Position numbers and translations under genes: made by a program | The notes under the pieces: generated by a model | Told to the model about the DNA's origin: nothing | The model's input: the letters and a program-made list of their open reading frames with translations, nothing else | Databases searched by the model: none | NCBI GenBank assembly: GCA_965644495.1 | Contig: CBFFSA010000003.1 | Coordinates: forward strand, 1,116,001-1,180,000 | DNA length: 64,000 nt | Direction: 5' to 3' | DNA from: Perkinsela sp. CCAP 1560/9 | Taxonomy: Eukaryota > Protista > Euglenozoa: Kinetoplastea | Shown here: piece by piece, positions 20,820-30,673 of the stretch | How the letters are laid out: each line of letters starts with the position of its first letter | Position numbering within the stretch: position 1 is the first letter of the stretch

Positions 20820-23800
20820 TCATATGTCATAACGCAATACACTTCGCTGAAACTTTGCGAGATTTAGTCTAATTTTTGAAGGAAGCACCACAGGGCAATA
20901 TACTATATATTCGGTAAAACCTGTGTTATTTATAGTTGCTTCAGAGGATTCTTTCGAATGAGCGTCAATATCAGTGCTCTGCCTCGCAGAGGCTGATTTT
21001 TCAGGACACAATAAGCTATCTTCTTGACCGTCGGCATATTCATACGCATGTTTTACGGGTACGTCAGTAGCGTAAAGTGTGCATTGAAGTTCGTCCAAAA
21101 TATAGTGGAAGAGAGATTCGCATGCCTTTAAGCGGTTATCCGAGGAAAATCTTTTGTTACGTGAGATATGCGACTCACTAGAGGATAGAGGATAGAATCT
21201 AGAAAATTCGTTTACTAAATATTCTTCGATGGTCTTCATATGAGCGACGAATGTGCTTTCCAGATCCATTTTTGTACATGTATCTTGAGAAGATGCCTTA
21301 CCTGGAAGAATGCGACAACATAAGCGAGGAACGAATTGTGTATACAGGAATTCGGCGGCTCTTTGCATAGTTATATTATCGAAAAGTGTGTGGAGAATGG
21401 ACGCCCCCATTTCGTCTGGCACTGTCACAAACTTGTCTTCCGATATATCACCGTGTTTAATATCTCCCGTCTTCATATATTCAGAACGCTCAATATTTGA
21501 TAAACAATTCGTATAAGATGCCTCATCGTACCATTGAAAAACATCATTATTGATGCTCGATTCAGACATTTTCCGATGTTTTGAAGCCCCAGGGTACGGC
21601 TGAGCAATATGTTTTAAGTGGTGACAATTGATTAAGTTTCTCGAGGCGTTTCGCATAATTTGTATAATAGCTTCAGAATTCTGATTCTCTCGGTAAAGTT
21701 TCCGCTGGTACATAAGAGCCGCAAGTTCCTCTGTTGATGAAAGGCATAGCTGCAGCACTACATGGCGGCTCCCAACCGTGATTGAAACACCACGTGCTTT
21801 TGAAAAAGAAGTGTTCAGAAGCATACTGATATTTCCACCGCACGATATAGCAAGAAGACGAATCAAAGTACTGCTCACCGGCAATGCATGGGCAGAGTTT
21901 ACAAGTTTCCGGTTGTTGAGCAGCACGCTTTTGTCTGCAAATACTAAAATGGGTTCCAACGGGGCCTTTTCTTTCTTCACTGAACCCAGCAAAGATCTAT
22001 GAGATATCGTTGTCTGGTTGGCCTCAGAAAGTGAACGCCACGTGATTTGATGCAAATACTCAATCTTGTTGATTTCAAGTTCCGTCGTGGTACGATTACC
22101 CGCAGCTGCAGACGTAAAACATTTCGTTTCAGGGTCCGTTACATTCGTATTACCTGTGACAGTCAGTCTTTTATCTTGCTCTTGTAATAATGAAACCTGC
22201 ATGGAATTCGATTCATTCAGTGCCAAATCCAGACTCTGTGCGAGTTTGCTCTTTTTTGCAAGGGACTTTTCTATTTTCTCTGCTTTTATAGTTTTTGTGT
22301 CGAATAGTAAGCTGCGCGATACAGCCAACTGATTAAGATAGGTGACTCCATCATTAGCTTGGCTTACTAATTTATTCTCAGAAGCGTCGAAATTCTTGGT
22401 TTTAAAACATGAAATTTTCTCATGGGTAGTTTCCAAATGTTTTGCACCACTACTGAACTCTACTACAAAGCATTTCATCTTAGGAAAAAATCCCGCTTTG
22501 CTGACAATTGTTTCACGACAGAAAGGTAAACGCTTGACTATCAAAGCGTGAAGCTCATTTTCTTGTAGAGTAATATCGCCCAGAGTTTTGTAAGTGCAGA
22601 CTGCGGAATTGTGATCAAAGTCGTTTACATCCAGGAGACTTTTAATTTTTTGATGATTTCCCACTGCGCGTAACGCATAACTTGAGTGGCCTATAAGTAT
22701 GGAATGCGGATTCAATGCCAAGCTGCAGAGATAAATGGTGCAAAATGTTGCTAGGGCAGACGATGAGAGATTTAAAAGGGCGTAAAGTTCGCTAGGGGCC
22801 TCAGGGTACCGTTTTGGGAACAGAATACTTTTTCGCAATAAATCAAATGATGAAATATGGAGACGAGTTACGTCGCATAAGCGAACAAGTAAGTGCCTGA
22901 GTCTTTGCTCTATAGCCAAGATTTTTACTCTACTCAGCGCGTACTTTTTCAAAAACGTAGGATCTTGATGCCTGATCCACTGTCTCATTATCTCAACGTG
23001 CAGCAAATTATCTGAAAAGCAATTGCCTATGATTTTCGCTTTTCCTCTTAGATACCTCTCCTTCGTTTTACCTATCTTGCTATATAGACGAACCTGGCTG
23101 TTCTTATTTCTAGGTGTGTCATGAATATCTGTAGCAATCGTGTCGAGTGCACACGTTAATAAGGCAAGTACAACAATTTCTGGATCACCCATTCGTAGGG
23201 AAAGATGAAGTAGCTTTGACAACTCAATGCTTAGACGTAAACCATGTGATATCATTCCGATGTCACTGACTTGAATAATACTATCCACTTCGTCATTCTT
23301 TTTTTCCGAGATGACGACAGATATGATGCCAGATGATTTTAGATCTGATAGTGCGGCTTGTACGGCATGGGATGATAACGCAAGTGGTGGCAACCTACAA
23401 TTTTTGAGCAAATGAGAAGTTCGGCGCCAATAAGGATCCATACAAACGAGTTGAAGAATTATATCACGATTTGATGTGCGAGTGTGCTCCGCCATACCAT
23501 AATCTGGTAAATCACAATAGAACGCTTCGGAAAACAGATGTAGCACATAACCATTTTGCGTGCGACCAACACGTCCCCGCCGTTGTAATATGCTTGACTT
23601 TGAGCACCATTCTAAGACAAGTTTTTTCTCCGCAAACCCATTGCAATGTCCTGTCGCTTGAGTAACTCGATGGCATCCATAGTCAAGAACCAGTCCGACG
23701 TTTGCAAGTGTCAGTGAAGTTTCGCCCAATTCTGTAGACAACCAAACCGTGTTTTCTCCGCATTCTTTCACGGCCTCACTTTCATCGCCTGAAAATTCTG

Positions 23801-24827
23801 CATCAGACTCAGAAGAAAGGGTTTCCTTACATAGAAGTTGTATTTTCCAATTCGCACACTGATCTTTACTAACCCGACGCAGAAAATCTTGAAACATGAG
23901 AATTTCTTGGTGACCAGGTAAAAAGACCAGCACGGAATTCGTCCTTCCTTTATGCAAAGCTGCCCACTCCGCTATGACACGACATCCAATAGTGTAATCA
24001 TCAAGCAGGGTCGGTACTGTACGATTGACGGACTTCAAAATGCGAAGTAATGGCGCCGAAACCCAGTCGAAGTGGCAGTTATCACTAAACGCGGTACGTA
24101 CTATGAAACCAGATGGTATTGAAGAACTGCCCTCTGGCAATGAAAGATCCAAATTTAATATGGCGCTTGCGTTTAAAAAGTACCGCGTAGAGTAATATTC
24201 CGCATCCAGTGTTGCGGATATGAATATAACTCTCCCATCATATTCTTGATTCTGAAGCCACATAGTCAACAGGTCAAAATCTAACGACCGTTCGTGGGCC
24301 TCGTCAAATATAATGTGGGTAGGAGAAACAACAACACTTCTCATACCGTGCATGAAAAAATATCGAGCGGCGTAGCCCGTCGTTGCATAGATAACTTCAG
24401 AGTGCGCACTGTACTGGGCATCACTGGACAGCGCAAGTCCCACTTTGTCTCCTATGGGGCTATCAAAGAGAACACTAGACTGTCCTGCAACATTTTGACA
24501 AGCAAGACGTGTGGGCTGTAGTACCCATATCCGCTTTTTCCTGTTTTCTGATGAAGAAATCAAACTCTGCTCGGTAGCCAAGTAGTATGGAATAGCAGTG
24601 CTCTTTCCACAACCCGCCTTTCCTGTAATTATGCTAATTCGATGCTCGGCTACATGGGCTCGAATTCTTTCCCTTAGGGGATGTATCTGTATTCTTGACA
24701 GCAGTTGTTCTCGATACTTGTTAGGTGGACGCGAAGCTACAGGCATGGAGCATCGCAGGCAAGGTGTAACGGAAAAGCTCTGTGACAAGCGTTCTCTTAA
24801 CGGAGGTGTATAGTGGAAAACTCTCAT
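20820..24827 (-). CDS. DEAH-box RNA helicase
   Basis: GKAGCGKST, DEAH, SAT, VLVFLPG and QRRGRVGR. Confidence 0.9.
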   Translation of the reverse strand: MRVFHYTPPLRERLSQSFSVTPCLRCSMPVASRPPNKYREQLLSRIQIHPLRERIRAHVAEHRISIITGKAGCGKSTAIPYYLATEQSLISSSENRKKRIWVLQPTRLACQNVAGQSSVLFDSPIGDKVGLALSSDAQYSAHSEVIYATTGYAARYFFMHGMRSVVVSPTHIIFDEAHERSLDFDLLTMWLQNQEYDGRVIFISATLDAEYYSTRYFLNASAILNLDLSLPEGSSSIPSGFIVRTAFSDNCHFDWVSAPLLRILKSVNRTVPTLLDDYTIGCRVIAEWAALHKGRTNSVLVFLPGHQEILMFQDFLRRVSKDQCANWKIQLLCKETLSSESDAEFSGDESEAVKECGENTVWLSTELGETSLTLANVGLVLDYGCHRVTQATGHCNGFAEKKLVLEWCSKSSILQRRGRVGRTQNGYVLHLFSEAFYCDLPDYGMAEHTRTSNRDIILQLVCMDPYWRRTSHLLKNCRLPPLALSSHAVQAALSDLKSSGIISVVISEKKNDEVDSIIQVSDIGMISHGLRLSIELSKLLHLSLRMGDPEIVVLALLTCALDTIATDIHDTPRNKNSQVRLYSKIGKTKERYLRGKAKIIGNCFSDNLLHVEIMRQWIRHQDPTFLKKYALSRVKILAIEQRLRHLLVRLCDVTRLHISSFDLLRKSILFPKRYPEAPSELYALLNLSSSALATFCTIYLCSLALNPHSILIGHSSYALRAVGNHQKIKSLLDVNDFDHNSAVCTYKTLGDITLQENELHALIVKRLPFCRETIVSKAGFFPKMKCFVVEFSSGAKHLETTHEKISCFKTKNFDASENKLVSQANDGVTYLNQLAVSRSLLFDTKTIKAEKIEKSLAKKSKLAQSLDLALNESNSMQVSLLQEQDKRLTVTGNTNVTDPETKCFTSAAAGNRTTTELEINKIEYLHQITWRSLSEANQTTISHRSLLGSVKKEKAPLEPILVFADKSVLLNNRKLVNSAHALPVSSTLIRLLAISCGGNISMLLNTSFSKARGVSITVGSRHVVLQLCLSSTEELAALMYQRKLYRENQNSEAIIQIMRNASRNLINCHHLKHIAQPYPGASKHRKMSESSINNDVFQWYDEASYTNCLSNIERSEYMKTGDIKHGDISEDKFVTVPDEMGASILHTLFDNITMQRAAEFLYTQFVPRLCCRILPGKASSQDTCTKMDLESTFVAHMKTIEEYLVNEFSRFYPLSSSESHISRNKRFSSDNRLKACESLFHYILDELQCTLYATDVPVKHAYEYADGQEDSLLCPEKSASARQSTDIDAHSKESSEATINNTGFTEYIVYCPVVLPSKIRLNLAKFQRSVLRYDI

Positions 24828-25193
24828 TCTACCGAGGCTACGGATTATTCTTCATTTACCACGCAGAAACATCGAAATGAATCATGTACTTGCACAAGAT
24901 AAATAGATTTCAAGATTTAATGCATGCTTGCGTATAAAGAGATACAGGAAATTCTAACATTAAATAGCTGATTTCCCTAGACTAGGGGAAATTAGGCTAT
25001 TTTAGCAGTAGCGAAAACTTTATATGCACAACATAAACTCTGCTGGAAAAGATCGCTCAGAATGTCACGCCCAATGATGTTTCTGCCTGCGTGCCACAAA
25101 GATATGTCACTCAGGTGTTGACTATTACTCTAACGGTCTTGTGATTTACACAAGACTTTAATAGACTATTGCTGTGAAAAAAGGAAGTTTCTA

Positions 25194-28100
25194 CTATCTA
25201 AATTTGCTGCGGAACTGATTTCGTTTGATAACAAGCACTATAAATAGGGTCAATGCTATGGGCACCACAACATAAATCCAGGTAGGAAACTTATATTCCG
25301 CCGCGGGAGATGTTTCGAAACAAGATGAACCCTTAGCAGTATGCTGATTAAGAGCGTATATGAGCTGGAGAGAATCATTCTGCCACCTCACACCCTCTAT
25401 TTCTGAAATTTTGGAGTACACAAACCAAGGGGTTGCCTGATTGGCTCTCATAATGACATTGGTAGAATTTACAACAAGGTATGCATCATCTTCGCGCGGA
25501 TGATGCGCAGACCACAATTCTGTAACCACCCCTTCCGGGTCCCAGTAATAAACTGATAGCGTCAAAGAATTGTGCACAAATATGCACTTGTCGGAGTATA
25601 CTGCTGTGTTAACGTACAGAACTTCTCCTGGCAACAGTCTGTCTTGAAAAAGGGTGATCGGCGTAGGTTGTTTTGCCAAGTACGGAGGTCTTTCATACTC
25701 ATTGGATTTTCTCAGTCCAGTGTCCTTGAGGTGTTGTTGCCACACAGGGGTAATAAATGGAAGAGATCTATACAAAGCCAATGTAGCGTTTGGGTGCAAC
25801 AACAAAAATTTTCCACTCTGAAGTGAATTTAATGAGGTGCCGTGATTCCCACCTTGAACAATGATACAAGATTCCGAGGAACGAATGTAGAGATTTTCGT
25901 TGCCGCGAACCGAATATTTATTAGTGGATAATTCGTTTATGTTGCACGATACTGATCCGCTGCGCATCGTAGCACCGTGCCGGAAAGAATTTCCTGCTTC
26001 AATGAGATCAACACTAGACCCTGCCCTCATTTCTATGACAGGGCAACACCAATCGAACCGATGAAGAGTAATTCTATCATCCAGAACCTGGATTCGTATT
26101 TCGTCCCCCAATGCACATGAAGCACGCAGTATGGTTTCTGAGATTCGTTTCAAAATGAGAAAGCCATTATCAGCATACGAAACGCCGTAGACACCCTGAT
26201 GCTCACAACTCTTGGAGTACTGCGAGAGTTGCAAACTAAGGTAGGCCGTACCTGCATCGAACAAGACTTGCACCTCGCATGAACAATACACGGAATTACA
26301 GAGCCCTATGTATCGTAAACCTTCTTCTGCGTATCCCTTTTCTAGTTGGCCGTTTTTCTGCTCTTTTGCGATAGACTCGCCCGTAGGCCTTAACTTTTCG
26401 GAACTCGGCAGCAATAGAGCAGACACATTTGGTGCATTAGTTTGACTGTTTTCATTGGTCCAATTTCCCCAGCATATCGTACGCGGTCTGATGAGTCGCG
26501 CAACGTAATTGTAAATAGGATGCAGCAATACATCATCCTGATGCAATGTACGAGATCCCGCTTTGACACTAATCCGACCTCCCACCACTACGTACATCTT
26601 GGCTTTCATCTCCGTTCTAGAACACTCTGCTGATGTATTGAGACGAAAAATATTCGCCACAGCTGCTGCTCCTGCAACCATAAGAGGCCCACCTATCCTA
26701 TTGACCATCAGAGTCACTTGGGGTTGTAGCAGCATTACTACTACTCCCGTCACAATCGGACTCGGATTCGGCTTCACCCAAGGATAGACCATAAAGAGCC
26801 ACTCATCGCTGATTGACTGCTTCTGAAGCATGCAACGATGGGTTAATGTGCATTGTTGCAACCCAGGCAAATACCGAAATGCAACGCACGATCTACCGCG
26901 AGCATCGCATAATGCTGAACATTCTCGTATTGTAAGGTCATTATAAGTTCTTCCTGCGTATTGCTCACATTTTTTCCCAATGCGATAGCTGTAATTTTCT
27001 GGCACAAGGTCGCCGTAAGATGCGGAAAGACTCCTCATACCAGAACTGGAGCTATACTGAAGACCTGCTCGTATAGATCCAATATACCCAGCGGTAAAGC
27101 CAATATTTGCTTGTGTGTTTAGACGACTTAGAAATTTAAGATCGAGACGCAAACTGGGCATAATTTCGAAAGGAACACCACCTATGTCAATATACACAGG
27201 AACGAACTGCTGTTCTAAAAGTTTTTTGGTGAGGAATTTCTTATATACCTTGACATGAATTTTGGGTACTATACCTAAAAGCATTGTCGCTTCCAAGACA
27301 ATTTCGAGATTTTTTACTTCATGCTCGACAACCTCTAACTCGAAGCGCATGATGGGATGTATTTGAAAAAAGCACTCTATGCACAGCATTCGAGGAATCA
27401 ATGGCTCATCCCAAAATATTTGAGACGGCAAAGGTACGTTCCACACGTTTGGGTTCGCAACATTCCGACTTTGTATATTGGCGAAAGGCATTATGCTTCT
27501 CGAAGGCATTATCATTTCCTGCAATGAGTCAAGTGCTGCGCGCGCCCGTGACATAACTTGGTCGAGCAAGCCAAATTCGGGATCGGAACTGCCGAATTCA
27601 GGAATATCTGATTCCTCTGCTGTCAGTGCCTCAAAGTGCAATGGTTTTCGTTCGAGTTTAGCTTTCCCCTTTCTCGAAAAGGGTACTTTAGGAGGATGGT
27701 GTGCGGAAATAATATCGGTGGAAAAGTGAACCTTTGCGTCTCGAAACATCTCATGCGATTTCAAACCCACTCCTTCAAAATATACCCATGTAGTATTGAG
27801 TGGCAATACGCTCACAATTTTTAACAAAATACCGAGTCCGGTGCCTTCGCATCTACACTTGCGGTTGGAGCTAAGAACGGTTCCTGGGGCAACGCAAAAC
27901 AAAAACTCGTGCATAGATTGTGGGGTTTCAAATGCGGCAGTAATTCTTGTTGGAGTTGTACAAATCAAACGCGTGATGCCTTGTAGTTCGACATGTCGTT
28001 TTGTTGACCTAGTAACGTTGTAGCGTAGATGTGCGTGAGAATTTGTTTTGCTGCAATTATGTGTAAACGAATGATGTAAAAAGCGTTCCTCCTCCGAATG

Positions 28101-28235
28101 AGCCTTATGAAATCCAGTCAGTCGCTCAATTGGATGGATCGGATGAGAACCAAAGTTTTCATCTTGAGACTCAGCAGAAAAGACAACGACACGAATGAAA
28201 CAAAAGATCAGTATGTATCTCATTTCTGTGTGCAT
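25194..28235 (-). CDS. Type I membrane/surface protein with PAN/apple domain and B-lectin-like repeats
   Basis: Signal peptide MRYILIFCFIRVVVFSA; PAN cysteine pattern ECSALCDARGRSCVAFRY...QQCTL; C-terminal TM WIYVVVPIALTLFIVLVI followed by a basic tail. ATG at 28235 or 28223. Confidence 0.65.
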   Translation of the reverse strand: MHTEMRYILIFCFIRVVVFSAESQDENFGSHPIHPIERLTGFHKAHSEEERFLHHSFTHNCSKTNSHAHLRYNVTRSTKRHVELQGITRLICTTPTRITAAFETPQSMHEFLFCVAPGTVLSSNRKCRCEGTGLGILLKIVSVLPLNTTWVYFEGVGLKSHEMFRDAKVHFSTDIISAHHPPKVPFSRKGKAKLERKPLHFEALTAEESDIPEFGSSDPEFGLLDQVMSRARAALDSLQEMIMPSRSIMPFANIQSRNVANPNVWNVPLPSQIFWDEPLIPRMLCIECFFQIHPIMRFELEVVEHEVKNLEIVLEATMLLGIVPKIHVKVYKKFLTKKLLEQQFVPVYIDIGGVPFEIMPSLRLDLKFLSRLNTQANIGFTAGYIGSIRAGLQYSSSSGMRSLSASYGDLVPENYSYRIGKKCEQYAGRTYNDLTIRECSALCDARGRSCVAFRYLPGLQQCTLTHRCMLQKQSISDEWLFMVYPWVKPNPSPIVTGVVVMLLQPQVTLMVNRIGGPLMVAGAAAVANIFRLNTSAECSRTEMKAKMYVVVGGRISVKAGSRTLHQDDVLLHPIYNYVARLIRPRTICWGNWTNENSQTNAPNVSALLLPSSEKLRPTGESIAKEQKNGQLEKGYAEEGLRYIGLCNSVYCSCEVQVLFDAGTAYLSLQLSQYSKSCEHQGVYGVSYADNGFLILKRISETILRASCALGDEIRIQVLDDRITLHRFDWCCPVIEMRAGSSVDLIEAGNSFRHGATMRSGSVSCNINELSTNKYSVRGNENLYIRSSESCIIVQGGNHGTSLNSLQSGKFLLLHPNATLALYRSLPFITPVWQQHLKDTGLRKSNEYERPPYLAKQPTPITLFQDRLLPGEVLYVNTAVYSDKCIFVHNSLTLSVYYWDPEGVVTELWSAHHPREDDAYLVVNSTNVIMRANQATPWFVYSKISEIEGVRWQNDSLQLIYALNQHTAKGSSCFETSPAAEYKFPTWIYVVVPIALTLFIVLVIKRNQFRSKFR

Positions 28236-28603
28236 GAAGTTTGCATTCCTGGGCAAAAGCTCCACAAAAAAGTCGCAGTCGACACACTTCAGGCCTCAAA
28301 TCTCTGTGAACCAGAGAACAAAGTTTGCCACCGAATTGTGTACGATTGTAGCCTCTAACTTCAACTTTCGTGTGGTCAATAGCAATTTCTAAAAAAGTAT
28401 GAACTAAAGGACTTTGTATTACAGTGTAGAGAAAGTTAGACATGCATTTGGTCAATAGACATAAAGGAATGTCGCTATATTTTTTCTGGAGCCCGTAATT
28501 TTGAGAACCTTCTTTAGCATTTGATAGATGGTGACCTAAAATAATAAACGGTTGCAGTGTGTGCTAGAAGTTGGTTAAGAAAAAAGGATCATTCACACAT
28601 TCT

Positions 28604-30385
28604 TCATTTTATTTCACGGTTCTCATCGGCGTTTTTTTCTAACACACTACTGACGCCCCTCCCGTTTTCCTCCTCACGTTCATTGTACTCGTCTTCACCA
28701 TCTTCATTTTCAAGCTCATCTAAGGGACGCAAATTGATGAGTGGATTGTCGGAAGAGGAGTCCAACACAAACCATTCAGGCCAAGCCTTTAGAAAATCTA
28801 GGAAAGTATCATATCCCTCTTCTTTAATGCCATTTCGCGTATCAACAGATATGCATTTGGCAAGATCATTTAGCGATATCCCAGGTTTTCCTTTCTCTGG
28901 AACATGTCCTGCAACAGCGCTGGCAAGGGGATCATCTTCCTCTCCGTCATATTCCGCATCATAATTTTCCGTGTCCTCTTCATCATCCCATACAGTTTCC
29001 TCATTCGCAGGCCTGGGCTGCAAATATTTTTTCTTTCTCTTGGGTGTTTCGGGTGCTATTGGCAATGAAGATACCTTTTCCGAAATTGACTCTGCAACAG
29101 GAGTTGAGGGGGGGAACTTTACTGTATATTCTTCCCGTTTCTTTTTCGCTGGATCCTCATTTAAGCCAGGAACAGGTTTAGCACCCCTTGCAACCTTTAT
29201 TGTGCTCAAACCTTCAGTATACACAAAGTGCTCCTTCCGCTTCCTTAGAAACTCGCGCAAGCCACCTTCTTCGAATGAAAGTTGGCGTCGAACTTTAGAA
29301 TCAAGCTTCAATAATATTTCATCGTATTCCATTGCTTTTGAATCTTCTGGGAGTATTTTCCAAACTTCTTTTTGTATTGTATCTGCGCGAACTAGACAAA
29401 GACGTCTCGACATCGTCAAGGCTTCTCTACCGGAATATATTTTTTTCGCAACCTCAACAAACCTATCTGCCGTAACCAATTCGAATGCACTGCAAGGTTC
29501 CGTGGGTATCATCAGCTGTTCTAATTCGTGACGCTTCCCCTCAAAGGAAGTCTCCAGGTCACTTTCCTTTTGTCTTTTGCATTCTGGATCCGTTATTTCC
29601 TCATCCGATACAAGGCTTCGAATTAGAACAGAAAAACTGTCCTCATCTTCTCGGATAACCTCGAATAATCCTTCATACATGGAACATAACGTGGTGAGTG
29701 AGTAACCCCGAGCGACAACCTCCCGACGAAGCCCGATTGGCAGTCGCTCCATGGACTCCCCTTCGGATAATCCGGTCCGAGACGGGAGAGCGAGAGCAAC
29801 CACCCCCATCAACTCTCTATCCTCCTGAAACTCATGAAACATATGAGGGGTGAACCCATCCTCTGGTCTCTTCTTATCGATCCTACGTACCACGAGTGCG
29901 TTCTCGTCAATACAATGCGCCAATTCAAAAATCTCCGGATATTTCGTAAGAAAAATAAACCGACTGGTGCGCATGGCGAGAAACAAGTCCCCAGGGAGCT
30001 GTCGTGCAACCGCACGTAGGGGGACGTAAAAATGGGGAATGTACGGCAGCACACAGGAGCACAGCTCATCGTCGTCGGCTAACGTACGAGGCTGGTTACT
30101 TGCCATGAGCTCCGGATCAGGTGGATTGGAATCTAACCAAAATTTGCGGCAAACGCGATCTTCACGCACCACACAGTCGGATAAACTGTGGAGGATTTCG
30201 TTCAATATACCAGGGTTGACAATACTCCTGAGATGGGGAGCAAGGATGAATGATACGTGACTGACAGTCGACCAGCCTTCGGAAGGAACATATCTACGAA
30301 TATCTCGCATTAGTGCAGATTCTTTGCCCACGATGCGTTGATATAAGGGCAATTTAGCTCGAAACACACAACGAGAGTACCACAT
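28604..30385 (-). CDS. Putative mitochondrial nucleic-acid-binding protein with repeated winged-helix (OST-HTH/LOTUS-like) modules
   Basis: Presequence-like MWYSRCVFRAK and repeated module ends FLTKYPEIFEL, GGLREFLRKRKEHF and FLDFLKAWPEWFVL. Confidence 0.5.
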   Translation of the reverse strand: MWYSRCVFRAKLPLYQRIVGKESALMRDIRRYVPSEGWSTVSHVSFILAPHLRSIVNPGILNEILHSLSDCVVREDRVCRKFWLDSNPPDPELMASNQPRTLADDDELCSCVLPYIPHFYVPLRAVARQLPGDLFLAMRTSRFIFLTKYPEIFELAHCIDENALVVRRIDKKRPEDGFTPHMFHEFQEDRELMGVVALALPSRTGLSEGESMERLPIGLRREVVARGYSLTTLCSMYEGLFEVIREDEDSFSVLIRSLVSDEEITDPECKRQKESDLETSFEGKRHELEQLMIPTEPCSAFELVTADRFVEVAKKIYSGREALTMSRRLCLVRADTIQKEVWKILPEDSKAMEYDEILLKLDSKVRRQLSFEEGGLREFLRKRKEHFVYTEGLSTIKVARGAKPVPGLNEDPAKKKREEYTVKFPPSTPVAESISEKVSSLPIAPETPKRKKKYLQPRPANEETVWDDEEDTENYDAEYDGEEDDPLASAVAGHVPEKGKPGISLNDLAKCISVDTRNGIKEEGYDTFLDFLKAWPEWFVLDSSSDNPLINLRPLDELENEDGEDEYNEREEENGRGVSSVLEKNADENREIK

Positions 30386-30673
30386 TCCGTTCAAGGAGCT
30401 CTAGTTCTGCATAGAATTTGCATGCGTTCGTAATGCTTCGATGTTATTTAGAAATTCCTTGAAATAGTAGTTAAAATTTAACTGTCGATCAAAATAGGAA
30501 AAAGAGTGCGAATACAAAGACAAAACAGAACATGTGAACAACTAATTATCTTGCACATGGGTGAACACTGTTCAACACTGGGAGTGGTAGACATGATTTC
30601 CTTTTATGGCTGCATTTCAACAAACATTGTGCGTTTCGAATAAGTTATTGTTCGAATAAGTTACATGATTCAC

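Noticed and set aside
24962-25002. Imperfect 41-nt palindrome resembling a bacterial terminator
   Set aside because: Eukaryotic polycistron and an isolated hairpin, with no support for function.
25030-25140. Short words resembling LSU rRNA next to TCAG (possible snoRNA)
   Set aside because: No box C at a suitable distance; the matches are short and imperfect.
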